A model generated the notes under the pieces. It ran no database searches. It was not told the DNA's origin and saw nothing but the letters and a program-made list of their open reading frames with translations. Shown piece after piece: positions 7,329 through 11,539 of a stretch of DNA of 11,539 nucleotides (its first letter is position 1; each line of letters starts with the position of its first letter). Origin of the DNA: Candidatus Eiseniibacteriota bacterium (GTDB taxonomy: Bacteria > Eisenbacteria > RBG-16-71-46 > JABDJR01 > JAWXBZ01); assembly GCA_034440375.1 (NCBI GenBank), contig JAWXBZ010000009.1:1-11539 (forward strand). Reading direction: 5' to 3'. A program made the position numbers and the translations under genes.

Positions 7329-9095
7329 GTGCGGATACCACGATCGACCCCCAAAATGAGTGCCGCCCTTCTCGTTTTGATTCTCGGAGCCGGGGTTTTC
7401 GGGTCAACAGCCCCGGCCGGATCCGCTGGCGAATCGACCCCGGACACCGGGCGCATGCTGGCAACCATTCGGCACTTCTCCGAGGATGAAGCCGGCCAGC
7501 CGATCAGCCGGTTCGCCTATCGCATCGAGATGAATGCACTGGAAGACGACCTGCGGGCCCGCATGGCCGAGGCCATCGGCGAGCGGGGGACAGCCATGCT
7601 CTGGCCGTTTCCATCGCGCCAACCGCCGGGCCTGTGGGATCCGACATCGGCCATTTGCGGCGGTCTCGATCCGGCCTCCCCCGTGCACTCACACCCGACC
7701 CCGTGGGCGGCCGGTGGCGACATCCCCTTCCGAAGCACCTTTCAGAACGTGATCGGCCGAATTCCAGGCACGAATCCGGGCCAGGGGAAGTACGTCATCT
7801 GTTCGCATTTCGATGCCATCGGTGCCCGCACGCCCGACTGGCGCGGCTGGATCGACCCGGCTCCCGGTGCCGACGACAACCTGAGCGGAACCGCGGCCGT
7901 ACTGGAGCTGGCGCGGATTCTGTCCGCCGAACCGCCGTTGCCGTTCGACCTGGAATTTGTCTGCTTCGACGGTGAGGAACTGGGCCTGTGGGGAAGCGAC
8001 ACGCTGGCCCACGCCGATCGGGCCGCCGGCGCCCCGATACTGGGTGTCTTCAACATGGACATGATCGGCTACAACCCGCGGAGTGACTCGCTGGTGGTCA
8101 TGACGAACCGGTCTTCCTGGTACCTGGGGGACTATGTTCGCGAGACCGAGGCCCTGACCCCGCAGCCCGAACTGACCTTTCGCCTGGCCATCGACAACCT
8201 GTTGAACAGCGACCACGGGCCCTACTGGTCGGTCGGTTATCCCGGTCTCATGCTGATCGAGAGCCTGCAAATCGTCCGTCACAATCCCCAGTACCATCAG
8301 ATCATCGATCGACCAGCCACGATTTCGCGCAACGGGCAGATGATGGGGAAGGCCGCCAACATCTATCTGAAAACCCTTCGACGGCTGGCCGCGGCATCCA
8401 CCGCCGCACCCGAACTGCGCGTGAGTGAAACGGATCTCATCGTCTCGGTGAACGGCGCCATCGAGTCGCGTATTGCCACGCCCGGCGACGACATCACCAT
8501 CGAGGCGGGAATCTTCAACACCGGCGGAGATACCGAGGGAGCGCCCATTTCGGTGAGCTTCTTCCTGATCGACAATGCCGGGGCGCGCCACCTCCTGGAA
8601 TCAAGAGTGGTGACGACACCCATCCGGACCGGAGGACATCTGCGGGTGCCATTCTCGCGGGAAGCCACCGCCGCCGACATCGGCGCCATGACCATCGAGA
8701 TGGAGGTGGATGACGGTTCACGAATCAGTACGGCCCGCCGTGCCATTCCGGTGCGCGGAACGATGAGCCGGGTGGTCAGCCACTACATGGCGCCCAACCC
8801 GGTCCGGACGATCGAGCAGGCGGCGATCACCTATGAACTGTCACTGGATGCCACGGTGCGCATCACCCTGTTCGACATGCACGGCGCCGAACTTGGGAAA
8901 CAGTACTATCGCTATGAAGTCGGCACGCGGGCCACGAATACCGCCACCGGTACCGGGCAGAACCGGGTTGAGTTGCGTGAGCTGCTGGCCGGCCAATCGC
9001 CGGCGCCCGGAATCTACCTCTATCGGATCGAGGTGTTTCCCGATGGGGAAGTCGAGGGAAACGCGGTCCTCGGCAAATTCGCCATCCTGCATTGA
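7329..9095 (+). CDS. Secreted M28-family zinc metallopeptidase with CARDB/Ig-like domain and T9SS-sorting/FlgD-like C-terminal domain, about 588 aa
   Basis: Signal-peptide-like N-terminus from GTG 7329 (RIPRSTPK followed by hydrophobic AALLVLILGAGVF..APA); alternative start ATG 7356. M28 motifs: SHFD (7803-7814), PGADDNLSG, FDGEELGLWGS, NMDMIG, SDH, YH. CARDB-like PELRV...GDDITIEAGIFNTG from about 8409. C-terminal PNP...ITYEL...VRITLFD..G...PGIYLYRI. Confidence 0.88.
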   Translation: MRIPRSTPKMSAALLVLILGAGVFGSTAPAGSAGESTPDTGRMLATIRHFSEDEAGQPISRFAYRIEMNALEDDLRARMAEAIGERGTAMLWPFPSRQPPGLWDPTSAICGGLDPASPVHSHPTPWAAGGDIPFRSTFQNVIGRIPGTNPGQGKYVICSHFDAIGARTPDWRGWIDPAPGADDNLSGTAAVLELARILSAEPPLPFDLEFVCFDGEELGLWGSDTLAHADRAAGAPILGVFNMDMIGYNPRSDSLVVMTNRSSWYLGDYVRETEALTPQPELTFRLAIDNLLNSDHGPYWSVGYPGLMLIESLQIVRHNPQYHQIIDRPATISRNGQMMGKAANIYLKTLRRLAAASTAAPELRVSETDLIVSVNGAIESRIATPGDDITIEAGIFNTGGDTEGAPISVSFFLIDNAGARHLLESRVVTTPIRTGGHLRVPFSREATAADIGAMTIEMEVDDGSRISTARRAIPVRGTMSRVVSHYMAPNPVRTIEQAAITYELSLDATVRITLFDMHGAELGKQYYRYEVGTRATNTATGTGQNRVELRELLAGQSPAPGIYLYRIEVFPDGEVEGNAVLGKFAILH

Positions 9096-9325
9096 AACCG
9101 GGGCCCGCCGATCGCCCGCTGCTCTACCTGCTTCTCGGACTCACCGCCGCCCTCACGGTCGTCCTGCCTGTCGGGGCCATCAGCCTCTGGGGTCTCCTTG
9201 ACGCCGAGATTTACCGGGACGGTCCGGGTCGCCTGAAACCCATGATCGCCGGCCTCGTCGTCCTGGGCGAATTCCTCCTCATTCGGCGATTCCGACGGCT
9301 CCAGGCGAGAATTCGGGGTATTTGA
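9092..9325 (+). CDS. Small hypothetical membrane protein (77 aa, two predicted TM helices)
   Basis: TTG start overlaps the peptidase TGA (TTGA). Hydrophobic segments LLYLLLGLTAALTVVLPVGAISLWGLL and MIAGLVVLGEFLLI, an Arg-rich positive-inside tail, and GC-rich third codon positions. Confidence 0.6.
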   Translation: MKPGPADRPLLYLLLGLTAALTVVLPVGAISLWGLLDAEIYRDGPGRLKPMIAGLVVLGEFLLIRRFRRLQARIRGI

Positions 9326-9373
9326 CCCCACCCGGATGACGGAGGCACCCCGCAAGATCAACGAAGCCGGGGC

Positions 9374-9401
9374 TCAAGACCCGCCACCGGTCGGGCGATA
9401 A
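9374..9401 (+). promoter_or_regulatory. Putative sigma28 (FliA/WhiG/SigD)-type promoter upstream of the GGDEF gene
   Basis: TCAAG (9374-9378), 15 nt, then GGCGATAA (9394-9401), a 7/8 match to GCCGATAA, in the 152-bp intergenic region. Confidence 0.45.
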
Positions 9402-9477
9402 CCCCTCTGGACGAAACGATCGTCGGGCACCCCCCTGGATCACCCGTTCGGGCCGCGCGAACGTGACGGGAGATTAG

Positions 9478-10512
9478 TTGAAGCAGCAAGATGAACGCCG
9501 CATCCTGATCCGCACACTCCATCGGATCGCCGGGCTCATGGCCGGCGATCGTGATCTGGAGCGAATTCAGGCTGCCGTGCTGGACGGAGCCCTGGAGCTT
9601 TTTGGTGCCGAGGTGGCCCTCCTCCTGATCCGTGACGGCGTCAGTGACGTGCGTCTCGCGCGACGACGCTCACAGATCAACCAGGCCAGCTCCCTCGAGG
9701 AGGACCGACTGCCGCACTCGGAGTTCCTTTCGCGGCTCCTGGGTGTTCGCCAGCCGATCCTGGTCGGGCAGGCCGGCGGCCTTTCCGCCTCGGAGCTGAC
9801 CAGCCTCGGCTGGAGCGCGGCCGCACCGCGTAATCTGGCTGCCGTCCCGTTCCTTGGGAGAGGCAACAATGCCGGCGGGCTCGTCGTTGTGAACGGACTC
9901 CGAATGGACAGCGAGCGAAGCGAGTCGATGGATCTCCTGACCGTGCTGGCCAACCAGGCCGCGGTGGTCGGCGAAACCTTTCGACTTCACCGCCGTCTCG
10001 AACAACTCGCGATCACCGACGAGCTGACCCAGGTTTACAACTATCGTTTCCTGAAGACCGCGCTGCGCAAAGAGGTGAAGCGGGCCGGGCGGTTTGGCCA
10101 CGAGTTCTCGATCCTCATGATCGACGTGGACAACCTGAAGAAGTACAACGAGCGGAACGGCCATCTGCGCGGCTCGGAACTCCTGCGCCGGGTGGGCCGT
10201 CAGCTGCTCGACAATTCCCGCGGGGCCGACCTCGTGGCCAAGTATGGCGGGGACGAGTTCATGGTCATCCTGCCGCACACCGGGCCCGACGGCGCCGCCA
10301 TCATGGGCGAGCGGATTCGCAAGGCGGTGGCGGACGCCTCGTTCATCAACGCCGAAACGGGCGACATCACCATCTCCATCGGCATCGCCGTATTCCCGGG
10401 CCACGGACGCAGCGTGGAGGATCTCGTGGCCAGCGCGGACGATGCCCTCTTCCGCGCCAAGCGAGCCGGCCGCAACTGCGTGCAAACGGCTCTCGAACGC
10501 CTGGCCGCCTGA
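9478..10512 (+). CDS. GAF-GGDEF dinucleotide cyclase with Hypr (3',3'-cGAMP synthase-like) signature
   Basis: TTG start with SD GGGAG at 9468-9472. N-terminal GAF-like domain (DLERIQAAVLD...AVPFLGRG..AGGLVVVN...DLLTVLANQAAV), linker RLEQLAITDELT, IDVDNLKKYN, GHLRGS, I-site RGAD, KYGGDEF (GGDEF at 10246-10260), TISIG and ADDALFRAKRAGRN. Confidence 0.93.
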   Translation: MKQQDERRILIRTLHRIAGLMAGDRDLERIQAAVLDGALELFGAEVALLLIRDGVSDVRLARRRSQINQASSLEEDRLPHSEFLSRLLGVRQPILVGQAGGLSASELTSLGWSAAAPRNLAAVPFLGRGNNAGGLVVVNGLRMDSERSESMDLLTVLANQAAVVGETFRLHRRLEQLAITDELTQVYNYRFLKTALRKEVKRAGRFGHEFSILMIDVDNLKKYNERNGHLRGSELLRRVGRQLLDNSRGADLVAKYGGDEFMVILPHTGPDGAAIMGERIRKAVADASFINAETGDITISIGIAVFPGHGRSVEDLVASADDALFRAKRAGRNCVQTALERLAA

Positions 10513-10561
10513 GCCGGGGGGCCGTCTTGTCCGCCCGCCCGGCGGATGGTCTAATCTGCGC

Positions 10562-11362
10562 GTGTCCAACGACCTTCTCTGGCTGATCCTCTCCTATGTC
10601 GCGGTCGGCTTCATTATTGCCTTCGCCACCTGGGCCGGGACCGGCGGCGGCCGCTCCCCTCTAATCACCCGCAAGATCGTCCACATCGGCGTCGGCACCT
10701 GGATCATTCCCACGACGCTCTTCTTCGACAGCCCATGGATGGCCATCATCCCGCCGGCCAGCTTTGTCCTGATCAATCTTCTCTCCTATCGATTTCACCT
10801 GGTCAAGGCGATGGAGGGAGGGGATCGAAATCCGGGCACGATCTACTTTCCGCTGGCCTTCGTCATCTTGATTCTGGTGTTCTGGCCGGGAGGAATCTGG
10901 CCCGGCGGGTTGTACGGGGAGATGGGGTGGCGTTGCGGGATCTCCGTGCCGCTCGAACACAACTTCTCGGGCCGCCTGTTGCCTCTGCGGCTCCCGGCAA
11001 TGGCCGGCATTCTCGTTCTTGCTTGGGGCGATGCCGCCGCCGCCATCATCGGGCGCGCCGTGGGTCGGCATCGGTACCGCGTTTTCGGCGCCACCCGTTC
11101 ATGGGAAGGCTCATTGGCGTTCGTCGCATTCGGCGCACTGGCAATTGTCGTGTCGCGACTGATCGTTCAATCCGCAGGATTCAGCGAGGAGCCCGGCTTT
11201 CGCCTCGAAACTCCCGCCCAGCTCGGCGCCTTCTTCTCTCATGTCCTTCCATCCAGTGTCCTGCGTGTCCTGCCGGCGGCGCTCGCCGAAGCCGTGACGC
11301 CGTTCGGGCTCGACAACCTCGTGGTGCCGATCGTGGTGGCGCTGATGATGTTCTACTGCTGA
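10562..11362 (+). CDS. CTP-dependent polyprenol/lipid kinase of the SEC59/DGK1/VTE5 (dolichol/phytol kinase) family, about 266 aa
   Basis: Polytopic membrane protein with TRKIVHIG, GTIYFP, LAWGDAAAAIIGR, RSWEGSLAF and AEA...GLDNLVVP. Start placed at GTG 10562; the listed 10244 start overlaps the GGDEF gene and does not look protein-like. Confidence 0.85.
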   Translation: MSNDLLWLILSYVAVGFIIAFATWAGTGGGRSPLITRKIVHIGVGTWIIPTTLFFDSPWMAIIPPASFVLINLLSYRFHLVKAMEGGDRNPGTIYFPLAFVILILVFWPGGIWPGGLYGEMGWRCGISVPLEHNFSGRLLPLRLPAMAGILVLAWGDAAAAIIGRAVGRHRYRVFGATRSWEGSLAFVAFGALAIVVSRLIVQSAGFSEEPGFRLETPAQLGAFFSHVLPSSVLRVLPAALAEAVTPFGLDNLVVPIVVALMMFYC

Positions 11363-11539
11363 TGAAGATCTTCCTGACCGGCGGCAGCGGCTATCTCGGC
11401 GGGCGACTCGCCGCGCGATTCGCCGCCGAGGGACACGAGTTGGTGCTGCTGTTGCGCGATCCGGCGCGGGCGCCGGTTCTTCCGGGTGTCGCGTACCGCA
11501 CGGTCATCGGTGCGCTGGGTGATCCGCATCCGGATGCGG
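11362..11539 (+). CDS. NAD(P)-dependent epimerase/dehydratase-family (extended SDR) protein, 3'-truncated
   Basis: Not in the ORF track. ATG 11362 overlaps the upstream TGA (TGATG) and translates MKIFLTGGSGYLGGRLAARFAAEGHELVLLLRDPARAP..., a Rossmann TGxxGxxG motif with Arg at the end of beta-2. The frame is open to the window end. Confidence 0.9.
   Translation, partial: MKIFLTGGSGYLGGRLAARFAAEGHELVLLLRDPARAPVLPGVAYRTVIGALGDPHPDA

Noticed and set aside
8581-8595. GGGCGCGCCACCTCC resembling the tRNA 3' end and flank (possible att duplication)
   Set aside because: Short, imperfect, inside an intact CDS in GC-rich DNA, and there is no integrase in the window.
9326-9477. c-di-GMP/cGAMP (GEMM-I) riboswitch upstream of the cyclase
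   Set aside because: Only a loose ACGAAGCC resemblance. The AAACC...GGGACGnAAAGCC core, the GNRA-capped P2 and the P3 receptor are not recognisable. A covariance-model search would settle it.
10244-10561. N-terminal extension of the kinase ORF overlapping the GGDEF gene
   Set aside because: Pro/Ser/Arg-rich off-frame translation of a real gene; family similarity starts at about 10562.
1-11539. Mobile elements, CRISPR arrays, toxin-antitoxin or CBASS-type defence genes
   Set aside because: No transposase or integrase, no spaced direct repeats, and no CD-NTase or Cap effector motifs seen. The candidate cGAMP enzyme is GGDEF-type and sits among housekeeping-like genes.

Overview
GC-rich bacterial chromosomal window with no mobile element, CRISPR array or long repeat. 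The left half is a + strand housekeeping run: partial dxs, nadK, recN, trpG/pabA-type amidotransferase and trpD, with no adjacent trpE or trpC. It meets a convergent GT-C (family 39/ArnT-like) membrane glycosyltransferase at a perfect 26-bp palindrome centred on that gene's stop codon. Divergent from the glycosyltransferase are tRNA-Arg(CCG) with a sigma70-like promoter, a secreted M28 metallopeptidase with Ig-like/CARDB and T9SS/FlgD-like C-terminal domains (hinting at an FCB-group organism), a 77-aa two-TM protein, a GAF-GGDEF protein, a SEC59/DGK1/VTE5-family (dolichol/phytol) kinase and the start of an extended SDR. The main result is the GGDEF domain. It has Ser where canonical diguanylate cyclases have the guanine-reading Asp (GHLRGS), Tyr in the NRR position (NYR) and an intact GGDEF motif. 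That is the signature of Hypr/GacA-type enzymes that make 3',3'-cGAMP. It also sits behind a sigma28-like promoter motif. All functional calls come from motif recognition by eye; no database search was run.
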